This document shows, piece after piece, positions 8,083 through 16,731 of a DNA stretch of 64,000 nucleotides. The position numbers and the translations under genes are program-made. The stretch spans positions 1 to 64,000 of the forward strand of contig JAZGAD010000014.1 in NCBI GenBank assembly GCA_036444275.1, read 5' to 3'. The notes under the pieces were generated by a model. It was not told where the DNA came from. It saw nothing but the letters and a program-made list of their open reading frames with translations, and did not search any database. Source of the stretch: Candidatus Hydrothermarchaeales archaeon (GTDB taxonomy: Archaea > Hydrothermarchaeota > Hydrothermarchaeia > Hydrothermarchaeales > JAZGAD01). Within the stretch, counting starts at the first letter, position 1; each line of letters begins with the position of its first letter.

Positions 8083-10182
8083 ATGCCTCAGATTAAAAAA
8101 ATTCAAAAGCGCGATGGCCGAGTGGCTACTTTCGAACCTAAGAAGATCACAAACGCCATCCATAAGGCCATAGTGGCGCTAAACGAAGGTGACGAAGAAC
8201 TATCGGAGCAGTTAACGAAAGAAGTGGTCGGGATAATAGAAAAGGACTACACCGGTAGAATACCAAGTGTCGAGGACGTCCAGGATATCGTGGAGGAGGC
8301 CTTGATAGAGTCTGGCCACGTTAAGGTGGCGAAGGCTTACATTATATACCGTCAAAAGCGAAGTGAGGAGAGGGACAAAAAGGCGCTCATGGGTATACGG
8401 GACGATCTCAAGCTCACATTGAATGCAGCCAAAGTTCTGGAAAGAAGGTACCTGAAGAAAGATGATAAGGCTAACACTATAGAGACTCCTAGTGAGATGT
8501 TTCGTCGTGTCGCTAGGAATGTTGCGCAGGCTGATTTACTCTATGATCCTGACGCGGACGTGGCTGTGACTGAAGAGGAGTTTTATCGTCTCATGTCCAG
8601 TCTTGACTTCCTGCCTAATTCTCCGACGCTAATGAACGCTGGTACTGAAATACAACAGCTTTCAGCATGCTTCGTCCTTCCAGTGGATGACTCAATGGAT
8701 GGAATATTCGGGGCTTTAAGGGCTATGGCCCTAATCCACCAGAGTGGTGGCGGTACCGGTTTCTCATTCTCGAAACTACGTCCAAAGGGGGATATCGTCA
8801 AATCTACTATGGGCGTTGCATCGGGCCCCCTTTCTTTTATGAGAATATTTGATGTTTCTACTGATGTGATAAAGCAGGGCGGCAGGAGGAGAGGTGCCAA
8901 CATGGGCATCCTCCGCGTGGATCACCCTGACATCCTAGAATTCATAGTATCCAAGGAGACAGAAGGCTTTCTGGCGAATTTTAACATATCTGTTGGAATA
9001 ACCGACGAATTCATAAAGGCTGTGCAGGAGGATCGAGAACTTGCCTTAGTGAACCCGAGGAACAGTAAGCAGATAAAGAAGCTCAGAGCCAAGGACGTTT
9101 TTGACCTCATAGCCACCATGGCTTGGCGTACAGGAGATCCGGGGATAATCTTTTTGGATCGTATTAACAGGGACAACCCTACTCCTGCTTTGGGTGAGAT
9201 CGAAAGTACTAATCCCTGTGGGGAATTGCCTCTTCTGCCCTACGAGTCCTGCAACCTCGGCTCTATCAATCTATCCAAGATGGTGACGGATGGAAAGGTC
9301 GATTGGGAAAAGTTAGAGAAGACAGTGCATTTGGCGGTCCATTTTCTTGATAATATCATAGACATGAACAAGTATCCCTTTCCGGAGATAAAGGAGATGA
9401 CTAAAGGTAATAGGAAGATCGGCCTTGGCGTTATGGGCTACGCGGACATGCTGGTCCAGCTGGGTATCTCCTACGGTACCGAGGAGGCCGTTGCCTTAGC
9501 TGGCGAAGTGATGCAGTTCATTAACGAAGAAGCAAGGAAGGCATCTGCCGAGCTGGCTAGAGTTCGAGGCTCTTTCCCGAATTTCGAGAAAAGTGTCTGG
9601 AGGAAGAGGGGCTACGAGGCAATGCGAAACGCAACCTTGACCACTGTTGCACCTACGGGTACTATCAGCATAATCGCCGGAATCAATAGTGGTATAGAAC
9701 CCTTGTTTGCCGTCTCCTTCATGCGCAGTGTCATGGGCACTCAACTCTTAGAGGTCAACCCATTTTTCGAAGAGGATGCCAAGAAAGGTGGTTTCTATTC
9801 GAAGGAGCTCATGATAAAGATCGCTCGATTGGGCTCTATCCAGGCTATAGCGGAGATACCTGAAGGTGTTAGGCGTGCGTTTGTAACTTCTCATGATATT
9901 GCTCCTGAGTGGCATGTCAGGATGCAGGCGGCTTTCCAAGAGCATGTTGACAATGCAGTCTCCAAGACGGTTAACCTGCCCAACAACGCTTCTATTGAGG
10001 ATGTTAGAATGATTTTCTTATTGGCGCATGAGCTAGGATGCAAGGGTATTACCGTATATAGATACGGGAGCAAGCCAGAGCAAGTCCTGAACATTGTCTC
10101 TACTCCAGAGAAGGGTGAAGAGCTAAGCGTGGATTCAGAGTTCGCGTCGGGGTGCCGCCCTGATGGGGTGTGCCCTTACTAG
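8083..10182 (+). CDS. nrdJ: Class II ribonucleotide reductase with N-terminal ATP cone, copy 2
   Basis: Same motif set (IQKRDGR, QLSACFV, STNPCGEL, ESCNLGS, VAPTGTIS), C-terminal CRPDGVC. Confidence 0.95.
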   Translation: MPQIKKIQKRDGRVATFEPKKITNAIHKAIVALNEGDEELSEQLTKEVVGIIEKDYTGRIPSVEDVQDIVEEALIESGHVKVAKAYIIYRQKRSEERDKKALMGIRDDLKLTLNAAKVLERRYLKKDDKANTIETPSEMFRRVARNVAQADLLYDPDADVAVTEEEFYRLMSSLDFLPNSPTLMNAGTEIQQLSACFVLPVDDSMDGIFGALRAMALIHQSGGGTGFSFSKLRPKGDIVKSTMGVASGPLSFMRIFDVSTDVIKQGGRRRGANMGILRVDHPDILEFIVSKETEGFLANFNISVGITDEFIKAVQEDRELALVNPRNSKQIKKLRAKDVFDLIATMAWRTGDPGIIFLDRINRDNPTPALGEIESTNPCGELPLLPYESCNLGSINLSKMVTDGKVDWEKLEKTVHLAVHFLDNIIDMNKYPFPEIKEMTKGNRKIGLGVMGYADMLVQLGISYGTEEAVALAGEVMQFINEEARKASAELARVRGSFPNFEKSVWRKRGYEAMRNATLTTVAPTGTISIIAGINSGIEPLFAVSFMRSVMGTQLLEVNPFFEEDAKKGGFYSKELMIKIARLGSIQAIAEIPEGVRRAFVTSHDIAPEWHVRMQAAFQEHVDNAVSKTVNLPNNASIEDVRMIFLLAHELGCKGITVYRYGSKPEQVLNIVSTPEKGEELSVDSEFASGCRPDGVCPY

Positions 10183-10412
10183 GCGTTTCAATCATATCTT
10201 CTAGCTTCCAATACTAACGCGTGTGTTCGAGTTGTTAAGGTTCTCTAACCATCATCTAAATTTCGGATAGGGGATAGAAACTTTAGTTGATTATTCTAAT
10301 TTTAGTGACTGTTTATATTAAAAAAATTCATTCGAAAGTTTTTTAAAAGGGATAATGGAGTAGGATTTTAATAGTTACTTATAGCAGCGTTAGATAATCA
10401 AAGGAGGTGTTC

Positions 10413-12374
10413 ATGGCTTCCAAGTCTGGGGTCAAGATAGTTAAATCGTCAGGAGACTTAGCGGTATTTGATCCAAATGTGATAACTACTGAGTGTGTGG
10501 AAGCCGGGATAGAATTCTGGACCGCTGCCGATGCGGCGCTGGCGGTATCCAAGGGCATCTACGACGGTATAAGCACCAAGGATATCCAAGAGCGCTTGGA
10601 GAAGGTTCTCTTAGAGACGAGCCCAGAGGCAGCTGAGCGCTATCGAAGGTTCCACAGCATGCTGGTGAGGACCTCCCGGAATACTATCGAGTCCTTTGAT
10701 AGGAAACGAATTGCTTCTTCCCTCATGAAAGAGACAAAGCTCCCCAAGGAGCTCGCTGAGAACGTTGCAAAAGAGAGCGAAGAGGAGCTGAGGCGGGTGA
10801 AGCTGGATTTCATATCAGCACCCTTGATAAGAGAAGTGGTGAATGTCAAGTTATTGGAGCACGGCTTCGAGGACGCCAGGGCTGACTATACTCGGCTTGG
10901 AATACCGGTCTTTGATGCCTCTCAACTTGTTGAAGCAGGTGCAGCCGGAGAGGGCAAGAGCCCCCAAGTCATGCACAAATTAATGGCTGACAACGTGCTT
11001 CGGGAATACACCCTACTAAAGGTTCTACCGCTCCACCAAGCGGATGCCCACATGCGTGGAGAGATACATATCCATGCCCTTGAATGCTTTGTCACCAAGC
11101 CATATAGCTTCTGCCACAACCTTAGATATTTCTTCCAAACAGGCTTAGTTAGCGACTCTCTAGAGGAACGAGTGACTACCGGTCCCGCTAAGAGGCCTGA
11201 GGTGGCCATCCTCCATGTAGCGCAGCTGTTGCAGGATGCGCAGTCGCATTTCTCGGGTCCACAGCGCATCGAGCATTTTAATTACTTCCTTGCTCCGTAT
11301 CTCGAGGGGTTGAAGCCAGAGGAGGTAATGCAGTTGGCTCAGAGCTTCGTTTATGAGATGAGCCAGAGGCGGGTGATGAGCGAAATATGCATAGATTACT
11401 TCTGCCCCGATAGTATAGGCGATCTTAAGGCAGTCAAAGCTGGGGGCACAGTAAAAGGTAAGTACCGGGATTATAAAGATGAAGCCAGAGCCTTTGCAGA
11501 TGCCCTCACTCAAGTATACCTGAAAGGGGATCATAAGGGTAGGGCGTTCCTATATCCAAAAGCGATATATTCGATTAAGAAAGAAGGTAAAGATGATAAG
11601 GCATTCATGAGTTTAGTTCACAAATTAGCCCTTAAATACGGCACGCCTACTTTTGCTGTTCTCGATGGTGAAGAGCCTAACCAAGGTACTCTACAGGCTG
11701 TAACCTTGAACATGCCCAGGATAGCATACGAATCTGGCGAGGAGGGTAAATTTTATGAGATACTGGATGACCGCTTGGCTATGGCCAGGGAAGTGATCAT
11801 GGTGAAAAGGGACGTAATCAAGCGGAGGCTTGAGCAGGGGATGCTTCCTTTCCTCAGTCAAACGATAGGGGACGCTCCCTACTATTCCCTGGATGAGGTG
11901 CTTCATACCATTGCCTTCCTCGGGATAAATGAGGCAGCCAAGGCACAAGTAGGTGCTGAACTCCACGAGAGTAACGATGCCTGGAGGTTTGGCTTGCAGG
12001 TGATGAGGCATATCTATAAAGTATTGCAAGAATGGACCGAAGAGACGCAGCTCAAATGGGCACTGACTGAGAGCAATGAGGACACAGCTAGACGCCTGGC
12101 CAAGCTTGATTATGGACAGTTCAGCGACAGATCCCTAATAGGAGACCCAGAGAATCCATCTTATACCGGTGCGTGCTTCCTTAGCAGCGAGGCAGAGCTG
12201 AGCCCCTTAAGAAAGCTCCAGGTCGAGGGGGCCTTCCATCCTTATTGTAGGGTCATTGCTCAAGCAGAGGTAACGGCAAAGTCTGCAAGTACTCTCTTCG
12301 ATTTCAGCAAGAAGATCCTTGAGGATACCGAAGTTAAGCGGTGGCGTTACTTAGCACGGGAAGTGAAAGCTTGA
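10413..12374 (+). CDS. NrdD-like (class III RNR-related) protein with two ATP cones, apparently lacking the catalytic Cys and glycyl-radical domain
   Basis: Two ATP cones (IVKSSGDLAVFD; VRTSRNTIESFD...ISAPLIREVVNVKLLEHG), GEIHIH, GPAKRPEVAILH, VTLNMPRIA. GGAGGTG RBS precedes ATG 10413. No C-terminal Zn ribbon or RxxGY motif. Confidence 0.8.
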   Translation: MASKSGVKIVKSSGDLAVFDPNVITTECVEAGIEFWTAADAALAVSKGIYDGISTKDIQERLEKVLLETSPEAAERYRRFHSMLVRTSRNTIESFDRKRIASSLMKETKLPKELAENVAKESEEELRRVKLDFISAPLIREVVNVKLLEHGFEDARADYTRLGIPVFDASQLVEAGAAGEGKSPQVMHKLMADNVLREYTLLKVLPLHQADAHMRGEIHIHALECFVTKPYSFCHNLRYFFQTGLVSDSLEERVTTGPAKRPEVAILHVAQLLQDAQSHFSGPQRIEHFNYFLAPYLEGLKPEEVMQLAQSFVYEMSQRRVMSEICIDYFCPDSIGDLKAVKAGGTVKGKYRDYKDEARAFADALTQVYLKGDHKGRAFLYPKAIYSIKKEGKDDKAFMSLVHKLALKYGTPTFAVLDGEEPNQGTLQAVTLNMPRIAYESGEEGKFYEILDDRLAMAREVIMVKRDVIKRRLEQGMLPFLSQTIGDAPYYSLDEVLHTIAFLGINEAAKAQVGAELHESNDAWRFGLQVMRHIYKVLQEWTEETQLKWALTESNEDTARRLAKLDYGQFSDRSLIGDPENPSYTGACFLSSEAELSPLRKLQVEGAFHPYCRVIAQAEVTAKSASTLFDFSKKILEDTEVKRWRYLAREVKA

Positions 12375-12538
12375 ACAAGAAGGAATTCATGGAATACAAG
12401 CGTGAAAGGCTGAAAGAGATCGCTGTGGTGATAAAGGAGAGTAGCGGACAGATGAACATGAATCCTCAGAAAATGGAGTTAGAAGATATGCAGGATAGGT
12501 TGGAGAAGTTGAAGAACTCCTACCCCTGGTTGAGATGA
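12371..12538 (+). CDS. Small helical hypothetical protein
   Basis: TTG overlaps the stop of the NrdD-like gene (TTGA), with an alternative ATG at 12389; charged helical sequence; operon-like spacing. Confidence 0.55.
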   Translation: MNKKEFMEYKRERLKEIAVVIKESSGQMNMNPQKMELEDMQDRLEKLKNSYPWLR

Positions 12539-12545
12539 GTGGGAA

Positions 12546-12872
12546 ATGCCAATAGACATAATCTTAGATGCCAACATACCCAAGAAGGTGAAGAACCTAA
12601 ATGACAATAGGAGAGTGCTTCACATAGGGGACGTAGATACTCACATGGTGGACGAAGACATCCTACACCTCGCTGGTAAGCTGGGCCACTGTCTCTTAGT
12701 GACCCACGATAGGGAGTTGGCCTTTCGGGCTTCGAAGAAGAGGAAAACTCTGTTTATACAAAAGAGCGTCAGCGCCGAGGATATAATCTATTGTATCGAG
12801 AAGAATAAGAAGTTGCTCAAGACCGCGAGCATCTTCTGCGAGAATGGTGTAAAATGTAAGAATTGCAAATGA
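12546..12872 (+). CDS. PIN-like (Mut7-C/DUF5615-type) domain protein with C-terminal Cys cluster
   Basis: IILDANIP...DEDILHLA...LLVTHDREL acidic-residue pattern; C-terminal CENGVKCKNC. Confidence 0.7.
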   Translation: MPIDIILDANIPKKVKNLNDNRRVLHIGDVDTHMVDEDILHLAGKLGHCLLVTHDRELAFRASKKRKTLFIQKSVSAEDIIYCIEKNKKLLKTASIFCENGVKCKNCK

Positions 12873-13006
12873 GGGAAAGAGGGCGAGGGCCTATTGACCA
12901 AACGGCGTCACCACCTCCTCTGCTGTTTTTTCATCCCTCGTCCTCCCCTTTCTTTGAGTCATATTGTGAACTAAAGGGGAAATCAAATAAAAACTAAATT
13001 AGAAAT

Positions 13007-13507
13007 TTATTTTGAGAATATATCTCTCCTATCTCGCATGGCGAGCATCCTCTCGTCGTCGCTCGCCTTAACCAGGAATTTGAAGAGGCACTTAGGAGCA
13101 CCCTTGGAGATGACCTCTGGTAATAACAATTCGCCCTCTGGAAAGGCCCCCGTAAAGAGGCTCTTCCAGGTGCCATAGTGGAAGCTGCAAGTAGCATACC
13201 TGTCTACCTTCATTATATCCTCAAAGGGGCACGTGTTAACCTTCATTATCACGCTATCTGCGCTTGCCTCGAATTCTACATCAGTACCCAGCTCTGAATG
13301 GACACCCTGCTTAACAGCTTCTATCCATCCCTCTATGGTCCATTCCTCTGGCTTACGTACCTTATCTTTGAAGATCTTTTGCCCTGCCTTCTCAGCGCTA
13401 ATCCTCGCGATCGTAGGATTCCTGGTCAGCTTCCAAGAGGTCTCAACTGATCTTATGAACCATCTACCATAGAGGTAGACCTTGAAGTCGTTGTTTGTTT
13501 TATCCAT
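13007..13507 (-). CDS. V4R-like / methanogen-output-domain-like small ligand-binding protein
   Basis: VNTCPF...TCSFHYG...VISKGAPKCLF three-Cys pattern typical of V4R-fold proteins. Confidence 0.65.
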   Translation of the reverse strand: MDKTNNDFKVYLYGRWFIRSVETSWKLTRNPTIARISAEKAGQKIFKDKVRKPEEWTIEGWIEAVKQGVHSELGTDVEFEASADSVIMKVNTCPFEDIMKVDRYATCSFHYGTWKSLFTGAFPEGELLLPEVISKGAPKCLFKFLVKASDDERMLAMRDRRDIFSK

Positions 13508-13550
13508 CTCTATCCTATCCTTTAGGGCTTAGCGACTATTCTTCATTCCC

Positions 13551-13910
13551 TCATAATAGTCCTTTTACCTTTTCACTGGCTTTCTCCATCTCCACCAATA
13601 TCAATCCAAGTCCAGCCTCAGGTGTCGTCATAACCACGAGCAGCGCCTTCGAGCCAGCACCCGTCGCTATCACCTTACCCTCTTTAGATTCAACTATCAC
13701 CCTATCTGGCACGCCCTTCTTCAACTCTGATATAGCGGTCTCTGCAGCACCGAGCATAGTAGCGCTCATAGCTGCAAAAGTCTCACCATGAATCCCACTC
13801 GGAATGTCCGATGCCATAAGCAAGCCATCCCTAGATACAACTGCACTAGCCTCAATATCCCCAACCCTCTTAATCTGCGCTAGAACCTTCTCCAAATCTT
13901 CTTTTAACAT
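13551..13910 (-). CDS. Roadblock/LC7 (MglB-like) domain protein
   Basis: IEASAVVSRDGLLMAS...FAAMSATMLGAAE...VIVES...LGLILVEM. Confidence 0.92.
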   Translation of the reverse strand: MLKEDLEKVLAQIKRVGDIEASAVVSRDGLLMASDIPSGIHGETFAAMSATMLGAAETAISELKKGVPDRVIVESKEGKVIATGAGSKALLVVMTTPEAGLGLILVEMEKASEKVKGLL

Positions 13911-13914
13911 TTTT

Positions 13915-15078
13915 TCAGGCCCCAACAACCATATTGACTATAGTTTCAAAGGCTTCTACTACACCTTTCTTTTCAGTAGCAACAACTGGAAGTATCTTTA
14001 TCTCTTCCCCTATCTGCATCTTCTCCCTTATCTCCTTTTCGCTGAGGGCTCCTTCTAAGTCCTGTTTATTCGCAACTATTATATAAGGCAATCCATGCAC
14101 TTTGATCAACTCCAGCATAGCCTTCGCCCTGGCGAAATCCTGGGGCTTCGTTGAGTCTATGACGACGAAGACCCCATACGCCTCTTTGCCCAGGAGCTTG
14201 AGAAGGGGATCGAAGCGCTCCTGCCCAGGTGTCCCGAAGAGGTCGACTGAGAAGCCCATGTGGTCTACGTGCCCATGATCTAGGGCTACCGTTGTGCCCA
14301 GTCTATCCACGGATACTGCCCTAGTTGAAAGTGAATGTATAAATGTCGACTTGCCTGCGTTGAAGGGCCCGGTAACAAGCAGCTTGGGTATGTATACTTT
14401 CACACCCCCTGGCTTGGTAACCCTGAAGAGGACGTATCTCTTTTCAGCTTCACACCAGTTCGCCCTTATTATGCCATAGTACTGTCCAAATAGAATTCTT
14501 CCGCCTACGCCTCCAATATCAACGACACAGTCGAAGAGTTCCTCCTTAATCTTCCTGAGGATCTCTTCAGGATAGGGCCAGGCTGTAAAGTTGTAGATGC
14601 CGATACTGTCGTTTAACATGATGTTCTTATTCCACTCCTTCAAGTATTCATCGATATTCTCTCCGCAGAGGTCCACGATCTGGGAGAGTGACCCATGGAC
14701 AACTCCGCCGTGTTCGAAGTCATCGATGGCCCTGCTGATAGTGTCGTTTAGGTTTTGAATATCGCCTGGGTCATCCACTACATATCGTTCATCGGATTGA
14801 ATCCCCATTAACCCAGAGAAGGCGTCTAGTATGGCAAACCTATCCCCATATCTCTCGATGTCCCAACCATAGTCCATGAACTCCTCCCTGACCATCGAGG
14901 GCTCTATAGTAGTGGTTATGAAGAGCCCCTTACCCCCCTGTTCTAAGTGGCTGATGAGGGTCTGCATCCCGAATACCTCGCCGGCGACACCAGGCTGTGT
15001 GTAGTAACATATGCTCTTTCCCTTTGGGATCCCTCCATGTAAATAATCGTCCAATTTCGGTATCCCTGTCTTTATCAT
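13915..15078 (-). CDS. Fusion of a degenerate KaiC/RAD55-like domain and an MglA-like small GTPase
   Basis: N-terminal IKTGIPKLDDYLHGGIPKG; C-terminal G1 GPFNAGKST, G2 TTVALDHG, G3 FGTPGQERF, G4 ANKQD. Confidence 0.88.
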   Translation of the reverse strand: MIKTGIPKLDDYLHGGIPKGKSICYYTQPGVAGEVFGMQTLISHLEQGGKGLFITTTIEPSMVREEFMDYGWDIERYGDRFAILDAFSGLMGIQSDERYVVDDPGDIQNLNDTISRAIDDFEHGGVVHGSLSQIVDLCGENIDEYLKEWNKNIMLNDSIGIYNFTAWPYPEEILRKIKEELFDCVVDIGGVGGRILFGQYYGIIRANWCEAEKRYVLFRVTKPGGVKVYIPKLLVTGPFNAGKSTFIHSLSTRAVSVDRLGTTVALDHGHVDHMGFSVDLFGTPGQERFDPLLKLLGKEAYGVFVVIDSTKPQDFARAKAMLELIKVHGLPYIIVANKQDLEGALSEKEIREKMQIGEEIKILPVVATEKKGVVEAFETIVNMVVGA

Positions 15079-15785
15079 TCTCGCACCTCCATGATTCTAC
15101 CCTCTTGGATTGCGTACTTGAAAATTGGATTTGATGCAGAGAGGCCGGAGACCCTTATATACTTGCCTCCGCTTTCTTGCTTCATTTCTATTAATCCTTG
15201 GCAGAGCTGTCTAACAGTGGCTAAAACTTCTGGGCCATGCATCCCCTCCTCCAAGGTGTAGATACCGACGCATCCAGCTGCCCTTATCCTGCCGCTGAAG
15301 ACATAGAGGAACCGGTATAGAATTTGGATGTTAGAGAACATGAGTAGGTTGGAGAGCGACTCAACAACCACAACCGTCTCTTTCAGGAGCAGTTCCTTGT
15401 AAAACCTTGTTAGAAATCGATTCAGGCCTATAGAGATGCCATTGAGGTCGACAGCGCTCGAAACCTGTACGACGTTTGAAGCGTGCTTTCCAGTGCTAAA
15501 ACCTAGGGTTCGTGATATGGAGTCTATGATCCCGATTCTATCTTCATGAGGCCTCATATCCATCCCATGGCTTGCAAACCAATCCTTAAGCTGGTCGGCA
15601 GTATCCTTTGTGGTGATATATATGCCGCCGCCGCCGCCCTTTAGGACCTCGTAGAAGAGATTCCTGACTAAAACGCCTTTCCCTACCATAGGGGGGCCGG
15701 AGAGCAGAATGTTCGATCTAGGAGCTACAGCTCCAATTTGCCTATCTAGGAAATCTATTCCAAAAGAATAGGTCACATTATACAC
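15075..15785 (-). CDS. KaiC/RAD55-family RecA-like ATPase (atypical Walker motifs)
   Basis: FGIDFLDRQIG, LLSGPPMVGKG, VVVESLS, QLCQGLIEM; GTG start; stop overlaps the next ATG (ATGA). Confidence 0.85.
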   Translation of the reverse strand: MYNVTYSFGIDFLDRQIGAVAPRSNILLSGPPMVGKGVLVRNLFYEVLKGGGGGIYITTKDTADQLKDWFASHGMDMRPHEDRIGIIDSISRTLGFSTGKHASNVVQVSSAVDLNGISIGLNRFLTRFYKELLLKETVVVVESLSNLLMFSNIQILYRFLYVFSGRIRAAGCVGIYTLEEGMHGPEVLATVRQLCQGLIEMKQESGGKYIRVSGLSASNPIFKYAIQEGRIMEVRE

Positions 15786-15847
15786 CTTTGTATTTATTCT
15801 ATCCCTTTCTCTTTCTCTTTAATCTATTAAATATTTTCTTATCGAGG

Positions 15848-16582
15848 TTATATGAAGACTTTCTCCTCTGGGAAGACGGTGATGCCATTGTCCTCGATGA
15901 TAAAAGGATGTGTCTCAAGGGAGTGCCTGCTTTGACGCATCTTCCGTACTGTTAGAGTCCTGACTACTCGTCCCTCAGCCAGTATCAAATCCATATGGAT
16001 AACGCCACGCAGTAGGAATTCCTCAACGCCGTATCGGCTTATCTTATTCGGTGCTAAGGTCTCAGTGGTCATGAGGGAGGTGCATCCCAGCTCAAGAAGG
16101 AGGGAGGAAAGCCTGAATATTGTTTTCCTTGTCTCTATGGCATTTTCCAGGCCGAATTCCAACGCCGGGAGTGTATCTACTACAACGCGTTGAGCATCGA
16201 TCCTCCCGACAGCAGCGGAGATAAGAGTCATCAACTTCTCTATGTCGTATCCAGGGCCTATGGCAAAGCCCTTGTTCACCTTTATAGGAATCTTTATGGT
16301 AGAGGCATCTATGATCATCAACTTCCTCTCGTCCTCAAGCTTTTGAAAGTCCCAGCCGAACTCTGCCATTTCAGCCTTTAGGTCCTGGGGCCTCTCCTCT
16401 AGGGAGACGAGTACTCCGTTCTCGTCGTATTGGGTTGCTCCGTTGTACAGGAACTGGGAGGAAAGAATGCTCTTCCCAGTGCCAGATTCTCCTGCTATCA
16501 ATATGCTTGAGCCCTTTGGAATACCTCCATTAAGGATTTCATCCAGTCCGGGTATTCCGGTCTTAGTCTTAGTTTTAGCCAT
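15848..16582 (-). CDS. Single-domain KaiC-like ATPase
   Basis: TGIPGLDEILNGGIP, Walker A GESGTGKS, SLEE, Walker B RVVVDT, EEFLLRGVI, VRKMR. ATG 16582 preferred as start. Confidence 0.92.
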   Translation of the reverse strand: MAKTKTKTGIPGLDEILNGGIPKGSSILIAGESGTGKSILSSQFLYNGATQYDENGVLVSLEERPQDLKAEMAEFGWDFQKLEDERKLMIIDASTIKIPIKVNKGFAIGPGYDIEKLMTLISAAVGRIDAQRVVVDTLPALEFGLENAIETRKTIFRLSSLLLELGCTSLMTTETLAPNKISRYGVEEFLLRGVIHMDLILAEGRVVRTLTVRKMRQSRHSLETHPFIIEDNGITVFPEEKVFI

Positions 16583-16731
16583 CTCCCAGCCTTCTCTATT
16601 GAATTGACCCTTATTATATATTATATGTATGTGTTTATTTTCTGTTTCATTTCCCCTTCCCCTTCCCATTTCATTTCTAATGCGGACTATTTTGACTGTG
16701 ACTGGTATCTTCTCTGAAAACTTCCTCAGCT

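Noticed and set aside
5666-10182. Inteins in the RNR genes
   Set aside because: Both proteins are normal length (about 700 aa), with uninterrupted catalytic motifs and no intein or homing-endonuclease signatures.
15075-16582. Circadian clock kaiABC
   Set aside because: Single-domain archaeal KaiC-like proteins with no kaiA or kaiB; not the double-domain clock protein.
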